64,000 nucleotides of DNA, from NCBI GenBank assembly GCA_963825135.1, contig CAWGRW010000009.1, forward strand, positions 2,723,248 to 2,787,247, given 5' to 3'. The position numbers and the translations under genes are program-made. The notes below the pieces were generated by a model. It saw only the letters and a list, made by a program, of their open reading frames with translations, made no database searches and was not told the DNA's origin. This document shows positions 9,932 through 19,589 of the stretch, piece by piece. The number at the start of each line of letters is the position of its first letter. Positions within the stretch are counted from its first letter, which is position 1. The DNA comes from an uncultured bacterium (GTDB taxonomy: Bacteria > Desulfobacterota_D > UBA1144 > Nemesobacterales > UBA2774).

Positions 9932-10411
9932 TTAAGCAGACGCTTTTCTCCTGCGCGCGGCGGCGTAGAGTCCGATCATGCCCAGGACCACTACCATCGC
10001 TATACCACCCCACTCCGAAAGCGTGGGGACGTTAGTGACTGAGTGCAGGTTACATCTCCGGATCAATCCTTCCCTGCAAATTTCGTATTCTTCGTCACTG
10101 AGCTTAAATCCTTCTTCACCTATTGACTCTTCAAATATTGAACATACAAGATCACTGCCGTCGAAAGATACGGAATAACCCAGCTCCAGTTTTTCACCCG
10201 AAGGCCTGACAATTTCAACTTCATCCGGAATCAATATTGAATCGTTACCCGCCGCGAGATCTCCGCCGGGACACAGAATATCGACGATTTCGTTGCCGCT
10301 ATTACCATTCGGCAATTCGGCGGTATCGCACGGACAAGAAGATATTTGTCCGAATGCGTATGGAGCTACGAATAATACTGTTAATAACACAAGCAGGTTA
10401 ATGCTTTTCAT
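9932..10411 (-). CDS. IPTL-CTERM Cys-rich secreted protein (inverted paralog)
   Basis: AGGAGG RBS, MKSINLL signal peptide, CPCD, VPTLSEWG + TM + RRRK. Confidence 0.85.
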   Translation of the reverse strand: MKSINLLVLLTVLFVAPYAFGQISSCPCDTAELPNGNSGNEIVDILCPGGDLAAGNDSILIPDEVEIVRPSGEKLELGYSVSFDGSDLVCSIFEESIGEEGFKLSDEEYEICREGLIRRCNLHSVTNVPTLSEWGGIAMVVVLGMIGLYAAARRRKASA

Positions 10412-10564
10412 CTCAATCCCTCCTTTGATGAGTTTAGTATGCAATCAATAAATTAGAGTGATTATAGCATTTCCAGGTTCGCGGTACAAGAGACGTGTTC
10501 CCGCCGAATTACTAAGGATATACAGGCATGTAACCCGTTCATACTTTGACCGGCTCAGGACGAA

Positions 10565-10654
10565 CGGGCGGCGAGTCGCCGCAGACAATCGAAATTGCCG
10601 CAAATGTCGGATTGCGCCGAAGGGATTCGGAAGGATCGTATACGAGCGCAGGTT
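10565..10654 (+). repeat. ~90 bp dispersed repeat, family 2, copy 1
   Basis: cgggcggcgagtcgccgc.gaca...gaaattgccg...atcgta.acgagcgcag, similar to 29152-29240 and 42773-42863. Confidence 0.7.
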
Positions 10655-10665
10655 CTGCGCCTGGC

Positions 10666-11658
10666 CTAGAAGAGCGTCACGACGCCGAGCGCCGTGCCGA
10701 AGACGCCTAAAGGCGCCAGGTCATCGAGCGTGTCTATGCTCTTGTCCACCTTCAGCAGCGTGTCCTGGGCGTCCCTGTAGAGCTTATCGTCGTTCACGAG
10801 CTGACCGAGCGTGCCCTTGCCGGAATTCACCTTCTCCAGTATCTGGTTCAGGTTCGTGGCCGCGCCCGTGGCCTCGTTATAGAGCGTGGCGTCGTTAAGG
10901 AGCTTGCCGATCGTGCCGTTCGGGTTGTTGAGCTTCTCGGACACGTTACCCAGGCCCGAAAGAGCGGTCTTGGCGTCCGCATAGAGCGTGTCGTCGGTCA
11001 GGAGCTTCCCGAGCGTGCCCTTGCCGGCCCTGAGGGAAGAGGTTATCTCGTTCACGTTCGAGAAAACGCCCTTCGCGTCCGTGTAGAGGGCGTCGTCCTT
11101 GAGGAGCTTTCCGAACGTCCCTTCGCCGTTCTCGAGACCCTTGAGGACGGCATCGAGGTTGTTCACAATGCTCGTGAGCTGTTCTTTATTGTCGCCCAGC
11201 ACGTCGAAAGCGCCGAGCGCGGACTGAATCGAGCCCACGGCGGAGTCCACCTTTACCAGTATGTCGTTTATGTCCGCGGGCTCTTCGCTCGGAAGAATTG
11301 AACCCGGCGGCGCCACGGGGCTCTCCGGGCTTCCGAAAGACAGGTTGATGTAGCTCGTCCCGAGGAGGCTCGTGAGCCTGATCGTCGCGACGGAGTCCGT
11401 CTTTACGCCGCTGTCTTTAATCACGGTCATTTCGACCTCGATCTTCCTGTCGGCGAGCCTGATTTTCGAGATCTTCCCGACCGCGAACCCCTCGAGCTTC
11501 ACGGGGTTGCCCACCCGGAGCTCGTCGATCGACTGAAAATACGTCCTGAGCTTGTAATCGCTCCCGAAGAACGGCAGGTCCCCTACGAAATCGAAGACGG
11601 CGAGCAGTATCAGGAGGCCGACCACGAAGAATATTCCCACTTTCACGTGCTTGTTCAT
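10666..11658 (-). CDS. mlaD: MCE/MlaD family protein with helical repeat tail
   Basis: N-terminal TM, MCE domain (L..G.PV...G..VG.I; TSLLG..YI.L), four GT.G.L..D..LY repeats. Confidence 0.9.
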   Translation of the reverse strand: MNKHVKVGIFFVVGLLILLAVFDFVGDLPFFGSDYKLRTYFQSIDELRVGNPVKLEGFAVGKISKIRLADRKIEVEMTVIKDSGVKTDSVATIRLTSLLGTSYINLSFGSPESPVAPPGSILPSEEPADINDILVKVDSAVGSIQSALGAFDVLGDNKEQLTSIVNNLDAVLKGLENGEGTFGKLLKDDALYTDAKGVFSNVNEITSSLRAGKGTLGKLLTDDTLYADAKTALSGLGNVSEKLNNPNGTIGKLLNDATLYNEATGAATNLNQILEKVNSGKGTLGQLVNDDKLYRDAQDTLLKVDKSIDTLDDLAPLGVFGTALGVVTLF

Positions 11659-11664
11659 GTGCCT

Positions 11665-12498
11665 CTACCTCCTCGCCTGCTCGAACTGGGGTGTGATGAA
11701 TTCCCGGACGGCGTTGTCCTTGCAGCACCTTATATCATCCGGGGTTCCGTACTCTATAATCCTGCCCTCGCTGAGGATGGCTATCCTGTCGGCGACGTAG
11801 AAAGCGAGGTCTATGTCGTGCGTGACGACTATCTGGGTAATTTCGATCTTGTGTTTTAAGTCCCGGATGAGGTCCCCTATGGTGCGGGTCATCATCGGGT
11901 CGAGCCCGGAGGTGGGCTCGTCGAACAGTACGAGGTCGGGGTTCATTACGAGGGCGCGCGCCATGGCGACCCTCCTCTTCATCCCCCCCGATAGCATGGA
12001 GGGCATTATGCTCTCCTTCTCCTCGAGCCCGACTATCTCGAGCGCGCTCGACACGAGCTGACTAATCCTCCCGTCGTCGAAGACCTTATGCTCCTTGAGA
12101 TAGAGCGCCACGTTCTCCTCCACCGTGAGGGAGTTGAACAGCGCCGAGCTCTGAAACACCATGGATATTACGTGGTTCTTCTTGAAATCGGGGTCGTTGA
12201 TGTCCTCGCCTGCGATGAGTATCCTGCCCGCGTCCGGTTTTTCGAGCCCTATTATGTGGCGGAGCAGCACGCTCTTGCCCGTTCCGCTCTTCCCGAGTAT
12301 GACGACCGTCTCTCCGGGGCGGACGTCGAGGTCGATCCCCCTGAGCACGCGGTTCTCTCCGAAGGACTTAGTGAGCCCCGAAATCGAGACCCCCACGCGC
12401 GCTGATTTGAGGTAGCCCAGGAGCACGTCGCCCGCCCTGCTCCCGTTCCCCGGCAGGCCGGAGTTATTCCTGTTTTCGACGCTTTCACGCATGTCCAT
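11665..12498 (-). CDS. mlaF: MlaF-type ABC ATPase
   Basis: [43 protein letters not shown]. Confidence 0.9.
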   Translation of the reverse strand: MDMRESVENRNNSGLPGNGSRAGDVLLGYLKSARVGVSISGLTKSFGENRVLRGIDLDVRPGETVVILGKSGTGKSVLLRHIIGLEKPDAGRILIAGEDINDPDFKKNHVISMVFQSSALFNSLTVEENVALYLKEHKVFDDGRISQLVSSALEIVGLEEKESIMPSMLSGGMKRRVAMARALVMNPDLVLFDEPTSGLDPMMTRTIGDLIRDLKHKIEITQIVVTHDIDLAFYVADRIAILSEGRIIEYGTPDDIRCCKDNAVREFITPQFEQARR

Positions 12499-12502
12499 TA
12501 GT

Positions 12503-13270
12503 CTAATCCAATTTGAAAAATAATAAAATCCTCGTGGCGTAATAATCGAATACGAGCACCAGCACGAACGAAAGCACCACGGCTTTCGTGACGGACGTCC
12601 CTATCTCCCTCGGCCCGCCCTTGGTCTTGAGCCCGACGTAGCAGCTTACGATGGATATGATTACGCCGAACAGCATCGCCTTGATGAGCCCGTTGCAGAA
12701 AGCCGTGAAATCCACCAGGTCGGCCAGGTTCCTGTAATAGACCCCGAACGAGAGGTGGACTTCGGGGTTTATGGTCGAAACTATCGCTCCGCCGAACCAG
12801 CCGATGACGTCCATGTATACGACGAGCACGGGGAGGGCGAGCACCATGGCGATGAACCTCGGCATGACGAGGTATCTGACGGGGTTGATGTCCATGGTCC
12901 TGAGCGCGTCGATCTCCTCGTACACGCTCATGGACGCGAGCTCCGCCGCCATGGCCGAGCCTACCCTGCCGGCTATCAGTATCGACGCCATCACGGGGCC
13001 GAGCTCCTTGACGAGCGAGAGTCCGACGAGCCCGCCGACGTTTTCCTCTACCCCGAACCTCGCCAGCGTGGGGCCCGCCTGAAGGGCGAGCACGCCGCCC
13101 GAGAAGAGCGCGATCAGCGCCCCGACGGGGAGGGTCTGGTACCCGATCACGAGGAGCTGGTCCAGTATCTTGTCCGTGTTTTTAAACGCGGCCTTACACC
13201 AGTAGAGGGTCTCGAGCAGGAGACTGACGAGGCCGCCCGTTACCTTGAAGAATGACATTACGCCGTTCAC
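12503..13270 (-). CDS. mlaE: MlaE-type ABC permease
   Basis: ELGPV...L.AGRVGSAMAAEL..M...EEIDAL..M.INP..YLV.PR. Confidence 0.92.
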   Translation of the reverse strand: MNGVMSFFKVTGGLVSLLLETLYWCKAAFKNTDKILDQLLVIGYQTLPVGALIALFSGGVLALQAGPTLARFGVEENVGGLVGLSLVKELGPVMASILIAGRVGSAMAAELASMSVYEEIDALRTMDINPVRYLVMPRFIAMVLALPVLVVYMDVIGWFGGAIVSTINPEVHLSFGVYYRNLADLVDFTAFCNGLIKAMLFGVIISIVSCYVGLKTKGGPREIGTSVTKAVVLSFVLVLVFDYYATRILLFFKLD

Positions 13271-13274
13271 TGCG

Positions 13275-14769
13275 TTATCCTCCGCCGCTGCCGCCGGGTT
13301 CTTTCCCGGACTTCGTTTTAGAAATAGTAACCGGAATAAAGAGAATGCGCAGGGTCTTTTTTTCGGGCGTGAACTTGTAGCCCAACAGACCGCCCAGGAG
13401 ATAGAATTTGGACCTGTTCTCGGACTTCTCGAACGATATCACGGGTATTATCGGTCTCAGCTCGAACCTGACACTGTCCTTCGTCCGCTCGGTCCTGATT
13501 GTATTCCAGAGTATGGAAGACTGCTGGTTCCCCTCGGCGTCCATGCGCCAATCGACAAAATGCCAGAACGGGGACCAGTTCCTCTCCCTCGGGGGGTTGT
13601 CGGAGAGGAAGGGCTCGAGGAGCGACAGGAAATGCATGGTCGATACGCCGTCGGGCGTAGTCCTGTAGCTGAAGAAAGGCCAGAAATGCACCGACTTGGC
13701 GCTCTTGCCGCGCTCGTTGAAGGGGGTATCGGTCGTGTCCTTCAAAATGAAGAGAGCGAAAGTCCTCTTCGTCCTCATGTAGTCCTTGAATAAGTATTTC
13801 TTGTATCCTAAAACGGGCCACATCAGAAACCCGGTTTCGTATTCGTCCTCGAGCCTCCGCGAGTAGAACGGGAAGACCCTGTTCGTATGCACGGAGCCCC
13901 TGGAGAATGTAACGATGGGCCAGGGGACGTCCCACCTCCTCACGTCCACGGTTCGTATCGTCGATTACGTTAAAGAAAGGCCAGAGGTAAGTCCTCTGTT
14001 TCCTGCCGGGCGCGTCCGTGCCGTAATAAAAGGGGAGCAGAGCAGTCGAGCTAAGCTTCTCGCCGTAGAAGTCCCTCTCCCTGTGCATGTATATCGGCCA
14101 GAGCGCGAACTCGTCCTCGAAATCCCCCTCCTTCTCCCTGTATCCGAATACCGGCCATAGCCTGCCGCCCCTTACTCCGCCCCCCGAGTACACCCCGACG
14201 AAGGGCCAGAGGAAGTTGTAGTTCGTAGCGCCCTCTTCCTTAGTCCGGAGGTAGAGAGGGAAGAGCGCGAAGCTTATCTCGTCCTTGCCGAACTTGTTCA
14301 CGAGCTTCCCGTAAACGGGAAAGAGGGCGAAGTAGCTCTGTCCGGGCTCCTCGTATTTCCCGCCGAACAGGAACGGGAAGAGCATGTATTTATATTCCCT
14401 GAACCCGCTCGGCCGGAGGTCGGAGCTGTAATAGAAAAGGTATTCGAAGACCTGGAACTTGGTGTCCCCCTCGAAAGTGCGGTGCGTGAAGAAAGGGTAG
14501 AGGAAATCGAACGCCGTCCTGTCCTTGGCGTAATCGTGATAGTCGTAGAAGAGCGGACGGAAGCCGTATTCTTTCGTGTCCGGGGTCTTCTTGTACGATA
14601 TAAAGGGGCCGAGCGCGTCGATTGACCTGGTGCCCGAAGCCTCGTCCCTGTCTATGTACAGGAGCGGGCCCAGGTTGAGCACCTCCTCGGCCGCACCGGC
14701 GAGGGGCAGAAGGAGGTGCAATATGAGCGCGGCGATAGCGGCTATGGCTCTCGGGCTGGGCGGAGGCAT
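13275..14769 (-). pseudogene. Exported aromatic/Pro-repeat (L-[W/F/Y]-P) protein, split by a +1 frameshift near 13948 (probably an assembly indel)
   Basis: ORFs 13318-14769 and 13275-13949 join at ...DDTNR/DVRRWDVPWP; signal peptide; many LWPF/LFPF/LYPF units. Confidence 0.7.
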
Positions 14770-14880
14770 TCACTTAAATGTAACTCATCCCGTCTTAATA
14801 TCTTAATTGGGGAATTGAATTGATGTTCATGATGAGGATGTTGATTCCCGGCCTTATCTGAATCCTGTATCTGCGAACCC

Positions 14881-15969
14881 TCACACGTACCTCCGGGGGA
14901 CGCGCTTCCCCGTAATCGACAGCACCTCGTAGGATATAGTGCCGGCCCAGGATGCTACGTCGTCCGCGGAAACGAGCGAGTCCCCGAACAATACGACCTC
15001 GTCCCCGACGGATACGCCCGGGACGTCGGTAACGTCTATCATGATGAGGTCCATGCACACCGTCCCGACGACAGGGGCGAGCGCGCCCCTTATCGAGACC
15101 TTCGCGCGGTTAGAGAGCCTCCTCATGTATCCGTCGGCGTACCCGATCGGAAGAGTCGCTATGACGGACGGGCGCACGGTTATAAAAGTGCCGCCGTAGC
15201 TCACCGGCGTGCCCTCGGGGACCCTCCTCACCTGTATGACGACCGTCTTTAACTTCATCACGGGCCTGAGAGAAAGCCCGCCCGCGCCGTCCGAGCCGTA
15301 GAGCATTATGCCGGGGCGGACGAGGTCCATGTGTGTCTCCGGGTATCGCCTGAGAGCGGCGCTGTTGGCAGCGTGTACGTAGCGGGGCATAAACCCCCTC
15401 CCCCGGATCATGCCGACCAGGCCCGAGAATTCGTCCAGCTGCGCGCGGGTAGCCTCCGGGGACTCGGAAAACGCGGAGGCAAGGTGCGTGAACGCGCCCT
15501 CCATGACTATATTCTTATACGCGGCGAGCTCCGTAAGGAACTGACCCGCCTCATCGGGCCTTACCCCGAGCCTGGCCATGCCCGTGTCTATCTTCAGATG
15601 ATAGGGGAGCTTCCTGCCGGCTTTCGCGGCTTGGGCGTCGAGTGCCCGGGCCGCATCGAGGGAAAAGAGGCACGGGGTCAGCGAATATTCCGCCGCGACG
15701 GGCGCCTCTTCGGGTCTCATCCCGCCCAGGAGGAGAATCGGTATCTCTATCCCGTAGTCCCGGAGCTCGACCGCCTCCTCCACCGTCGCCACGCCCAGCA
15801 TGTCCGTCCCCGCCTCTTCGAGCGTCCTTCCGACCTCCACCGCGCCGTGCCCGTAGGCGTCGGCCTTTACGACGGAAAGCACCCCTACCCCCTCCCAGAG
15901 GAACCCTCTTGCCACGTTGAAATTATGAATTAAAGCGTCGAGATCGATCTCAGCCCAGGTAGGTCTCAT
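14881..15969 (-). CDS. alr: Alanine racemase
   Basis: VVKADAYGHG PLP lysine motif, HLKIDTGM.RLG, GYADG, G.VCMD. Confidence 0.97.
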   Translation of the reverse strand: MRPTWAEIDLDALIHNFNVARGFLWEGVGVLSVVKADAYGHGAVEVGRTLEEAGTDMLGVATVEEAVELRDYGIEIPILLLGGMRPEEAPVAAEYSLTPCLFSLDAARALDAQAAKAGRKLPYHLKIDTGMARLGVRPDEAGQFLTELAAYKNIVMEGAFTHLASAFSESPEATRAQLDEFSGLVGMIRGRGFMPRYVHAANSAALRRYPETHMDLVRPGIMLYGSDGAGGLSLRPVMKLKTVVIQVRRVPEGTPVSYGGTFITVRPSVIATLPIGYADGYMRRLSNRAKVSIRGALAPVVGTVCMDLIMIDVTDVPGVSVGDEVVLFGDSLVSADDVASWAGTISYEVLSITGKRVPRRYV

Positions 15970-16057
15970 GGATTCATGTAATTATCCGAATATTAAGAAT
16001 GGGGTCAATAAATCAGGATACAGGATGCACGGTGCATCTGGTCTTTTTTTTAATTCG

Positions 16058-16160
16058 TTCGCGCCAAGATGGCGCTCCTACAAGAGATGGGCGCTCTACC
16101 TCTGTAGGAGCGGCTCCCAGCCGCGACCACAGTTTATCGCACCAGGATGGCGCCCCTACG
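16058..16160. repeat. GTAG-type REP copies (REPIN-like arrangement)
   Basis: gtaggagcggctcccagccgcga plus reverse copies tcgcgccaagatggcgctcctac and tcgcaccaggatggcgcccctac. Confidence 0.75.
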
Positions 16161-16184
16161 GAGGCAGGACTTCGGAGTGCGCGC

Positions 16185-16229
16185 TTGACAGAATCCGCGG
16201 CCGGTATATAATTTAGACGAGTCTAAATT
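16185..16229 (+). promoter_or_regulatory. Sigma70 promoter overlapped by a DtxR/MntR-type operator
   Basis: TTGACA 16185-16190, TATAAT 16207-16212; perfect palindrome AATTTAGAC-GA-GTCTAAATT 16210-16229. Confidence 0.8.
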
Positions 16230-16247
16230 GTAATTTAGAGCGGGTAA

Positions 16248-16913
16248 ATGATCAGTCCGACCATAGAGGATTATTTAAAGGCTATATACAAGCTCGAAAA
16301 GCACCACGGGCGCGTAACCACCTCGGCCATAGCCGAGAAGCTCGCCGTGTCGGACCCCACGGTCACGTCCATGATAAAGAAGCTCGCCAGGGAAAAACTC
16401 CTCAAGCACGTCTCTTACCACGGCGTCGTCCTTACGGAAAAGGGGGAGCGGATAGCGATCGGGGTCATAAGGAAGCACCGCGTGGTCGAGCTTTTCCTAA
16501 AAGAGATACTGGGACTCGACTGGGACAAGGTGCACGTCGAGGCCGAGAAGCTCGAGCACGTAATATCGGACGAAATCCTCGACAGGATGGACCGCGTCCT
16601 CGGACACCCGACGATAGACCCGCACGGCGACCCGATCCCGACCGGCGAGGGGAAGGTCGAAAACGTCGGGAGGAACAGGTGCCTGGCCGACATGGACGTC
16701 GGCGACGCGGTCGAGATCAGCCGCGTGAGCGACGACGACCCGGACAAGCTCCGGTTTATGGCCGGGATAGGCCTCTACCCGCGCGTAAAGCTGCGGATAA
16801 CGGATAAATCCCCGTTCGAAGGAGACATCTCCATCAAAGTGGGCTCGCTCTCTCACCGCCTGCCGAGGGACGTCGCCAAAAGCATCTATGTCACGCAAAC
16901 GGAAAAAACCTGA
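16248..16913 (+). CDS. mntR: DtxR/MntR metal-dependent repressor with FeoA domain
   Basis: EDYLKAIY, R.HR..E.FL...LG, EAE.LEH..S, P..DPHGDPIP. Confidence 0.9.
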   Translation: MISPTIEDYLKAIYKLEKHHGRVTTSAIAEKLAVSDPTVTSMIKKLAREKLLKHVSYHGVVLTEKGERIAIGVIRKHRVVELFLKEILGLDWDKVHVEAEKLEHVISDEILDRMDRVLGHPTIDPHGDPIPTGEGKVENVGRNRCLADMDVGDAVEISRVSDDDPDKLRFMAGIGLYPRVKLRITDKSPFEGDISIKVGSLSHRLPRDVAKSIYVTQTEKT

Positions 16914-16929
16914 AGGAGGAGCCGCATAG

Positions 16930-18840
16930 TTGTCCAGAATTCGTTCCGCTTCCGATAATCAGAACTCCCTGGCTGAGGTGTTCGAGACCGTAAACGTGCC
17001 CGGTATCGGCTCCAGGTGGCGTCAGTGGCTCGCTTTCAGCGGCCCCGCCCTGCTCGTATCGATAGGGTACATGGACCCCGGCAACTGGGCTACCGACCTC
17101 GCGGGAGGGAGCCGCTATAATTATCAGCTCATCTGGGTGCTGCTGATGTCGAACCTCATGGCGATACTGCTGCAGAGCCTGTCGGCGCGCCTGGGCATCG
17201 TGGCCCGGCGCGACCTGGCGCAGGCCAACCGCGAGGAGTACCCCGCGCTTGTCAACATACCGCTCTACGTCCTGGCCGAGATCGCGATAATAGCGTGCGA
17301 CCTCGCGGAGGTGCTGGGCTCGGCCATAGCCTTGAACCTCCTGTTCGGACTCCCTCTGCTCTACGGCGTCCTTATCACCGCGCTCGACGTGCTGGTGCTG
17401 CTCATGCTGTCCCGGTTCGGCATACGGAAGCTCGAAGCGCTGATACTATCGCTGATAACGACAATAAGCGTGTGCCTCCTCATCGAGATAGTGCTCGCTA
17501 AACCCGAGTGGGGAGGGATCGTGCGCGGGTTCGTCCCGTCGCTTCCCAACAAGGACGCGCTCTATATCGCAATAGGCATCCTGGGCGCGACCGTCATGCC
17601 GCATAACCTCTACCTGCATTCTTCCCTCGTGCAGTCGCGAAAGATCGGAGACGACCGCGCGAGCATAAAACGGGCGATAAAGTGGAACACCATCGATTCG
17701 GCCCTCGCGCTGAACATAGCCCTTTTCGTAAACGCGGCCATACTTATAATGGCGGCTGCGGTATTCTACAGGAGCGGACACCACGACGTGGCCGAGATCA
17801 AGGACGCGCACCGTCTGCTCGAGCCCCTCCTGGGGGCGTCTATCGCGCCTATCGCCTTCGCGGTCGCGCTTCTCGCCTCGGGACAGAGCTCGACGATTAC
17901 GGGCACGTTCGCGGGTCAGGTCATCATGGAAGGGTATTTGAACCTCCGTATCCGTCCCTGGCTGAGACGGATGATCACGCGGCTCCTGGCCATACTGCCC
18001 GCGGCGTTCACGGTGTGGTATTTCGGCGACAACTCCACGGGGTCGCTCCTCGTGCTGAGTCAGGTGATGCTGTCGCTCCAGCTCCCGTTCGCAATAATCC
18101 CGCTCATACATTTCGTATCGGACAGGCGGCGCATGGGCGAGTTCGTCTCCCCCCGGTGGCTGAGCATGCTGGCCTGGATCACGGCGGCCATTATCGTCGT
18201 GCTCAACGTGAAGCTGGTCATGGACGAGATTCAGGGCTGGCTCAGCGGCTCGGGAGGGAACTCCTTGACGGTCGCGCTCACCGTCGTGCCCATAAGCATA
18301 GCGGTCGGAGTCCTCCTCCTCTACATAACCTTCCTCCCCTGGATAAGGAGGTACGTGATGCCCTGGGTCGGGGTGCACGGTCCCGCGGCGGCCCCGGATA
18401 CGGAGCTTCCGACGGTGGAGCCGTACAGGCGCGTGGGGGCGGCTATTGATTTCTCCGACGGGAGCATGAGGCTCCTCGCCGAGGCGGAGCGCATGGCGCG
18501 GGGCACGTCGGCGAAGATATTTTTACTGCACGTGGTCGAAAGCCCCGCCGCGCAGGTCATGGGACAGGAGGCCGCCGACCAGGAGACGCTCAGCGACAGG
18601 GGGCGGCTCGAGGCGCTCACGAAGAGGCTCCGCGACGCGGGCTATGACGCGGAATGGAGGTTAGGCACGGGGAGCCCGGCCGCGGGGCTCGCGCGGATAG
18701 TCAACGAGCTCGAACTGGACCTCGTGATACTGGGCGCTCACGGTCACTCGGGCATATCGGACATCATCCACGGCACGACTGTCGACGCGCTCCGTCATCA
18801 GGTACGCGCAAGCATACTGGTCGTGCCGCTGAAGGCGTGA
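16930..18840 (+). CDS. mntH: Nramp Mn2+ transporter MntH fused to a C-terminal USP domain
   Basis: GYMDPGNW, GATVMPHNLYLHS, GQSSTITGT; C-terminal AIDFS...LVILGAHGH..DIIHGTT. Confidence 0.92.
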   Translation: MSRIRSASDNQNSLAEVFETVNVPGIGSRWRQWLAFSGPALLVSIGYMDPGNWATDLAGGSRYNYQLIWVLLMSNLMAILLQSLSARLGIVARRDLAQANREEYPALVNIPLYVLAEIAIIACDLAEVLGSAIALNLLFGLPLLYGVLITALDVLVLLMLSRFGIRKLEALILSLITTISVCLLIEIVLAKPEWGGIVRGFVPSLPNKDALYIAIGILGATVMPHNLYLHSSLVQSRKIGDDRASIKRAIKWNTIDSALALNIALFVNAAILIMAAAVFYRSGHHDVAEIKDAHRLLEPLLGASIAPIAFAVALLASGQSSTITGTFAGQVIMEGYLNLRIRPWLRRMITRLLAILPAAFTVWYFGDNSTGSLLVLSQVMLSLQLPFAIIPLIHFVSDRRRMGEFVSPRWLSMLAWITAAIIVVLNVKLVMDEIQGWLSGSGGNSLTVALTVVPISIAVGVLLLYITFLPWIRRYVMPWVGVHGPAAAPDTELPTVEPYRRVGAAIDFSDGSMRLLAEAERMARGTSAKIFLLHVVESPAAQVMGQEAADQETLSDRGRLEALTKRLRDAGYDAEWRLGTGSPAAGLARIVNELELDLVILGAHGHSGISDIIHGTTVDALRHQVRASILVVPLKA

Positions 18841-18962
18841 TTGAAGGGCATAGGACGCTCGAATTCATAGTTCGGCCCCTATGACATAAAGGTTGTTTGG
18901 GTCTCTCGTATATGATAGCATTTCAAGATGTAAGGGATTATAGACTTAAAGGAGGAATTTAT

Positions 18963-19505
18963 ATGAGATACGTACTAAATTCGATTAGTTTTTTAATCCT
19001 TACAATGCTTCTGAGCGCGGGCTCGCTCGTGCTCGGTACTGGCCGGGTTATGGCTCAGCCATCTTGCGTCATAACAATTGAAAAAGTAGCGGACCCCGCC
19101 GACGACACTCCGTTTGGTTTCTCGGAAGGCGGGGATTTTGGCGGCACATTTTCATTAAGGGACCCGAGCGATCCTACAAGACCTCTTGGAATAGATATAG
19201 GTCAAACACTGACTATAACGGAAGACGTCGTTCCCGATGGATGGACACTCGACAGCATAGAGTGCGTGGAAGGGACAACCAGCTGCGGAACCACTTCTTG
19301 CCTCACCGCCACCGTGGACGGGAACCGCGTCACATTCGAATGTCTGGATGATGATACGGCGTCCTGTGTTTTTACAAACGTTATAGCGCCCGTAGCGCCC
19401 TCCGACATACCGACCCTCTCCGAATGGGGGCTTATAGCCATGGCGGGAATTCTGGGCATAGCCGGATTCATGGTCGTAATGAGAAGAAGGAAGGCAGCCG
19501 CTTAA
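18963..19505 (+). CDS. IPTL-CTERM surface protein (pilin/prealbumin-like beta domain)
   Basis: AAGGAGG RBS; I.K...P....F.F, .TE....GW.L.SI.C, C.FTN; IPTLSEWG + TM + RRRK. Confidence 0.85.
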   Translation: MRYVLNSISFLILTMLLSAGSLVLGTGRVMAQPSCVITIEKVADPADDTPFGFSEGGDFGGTFSLRDPSDPTRPLGIDIGQTLTITEDVVPDGWTLDSIECVEGTTSCGTTSCLTATVDGNRVTFECLDDDTASCVFTNVIAPVAPSDIPTLSEWGLIAMAGILGIAGFMVVMRRRKAAA

Positions 19506-19589
19506 GAGATACATTGTTTGATTAGATTATTTATGATAGAATTGCATCCGTACAAGCAGTAGTGAAGCTGCTTAAAGGAGGAATCTAAT

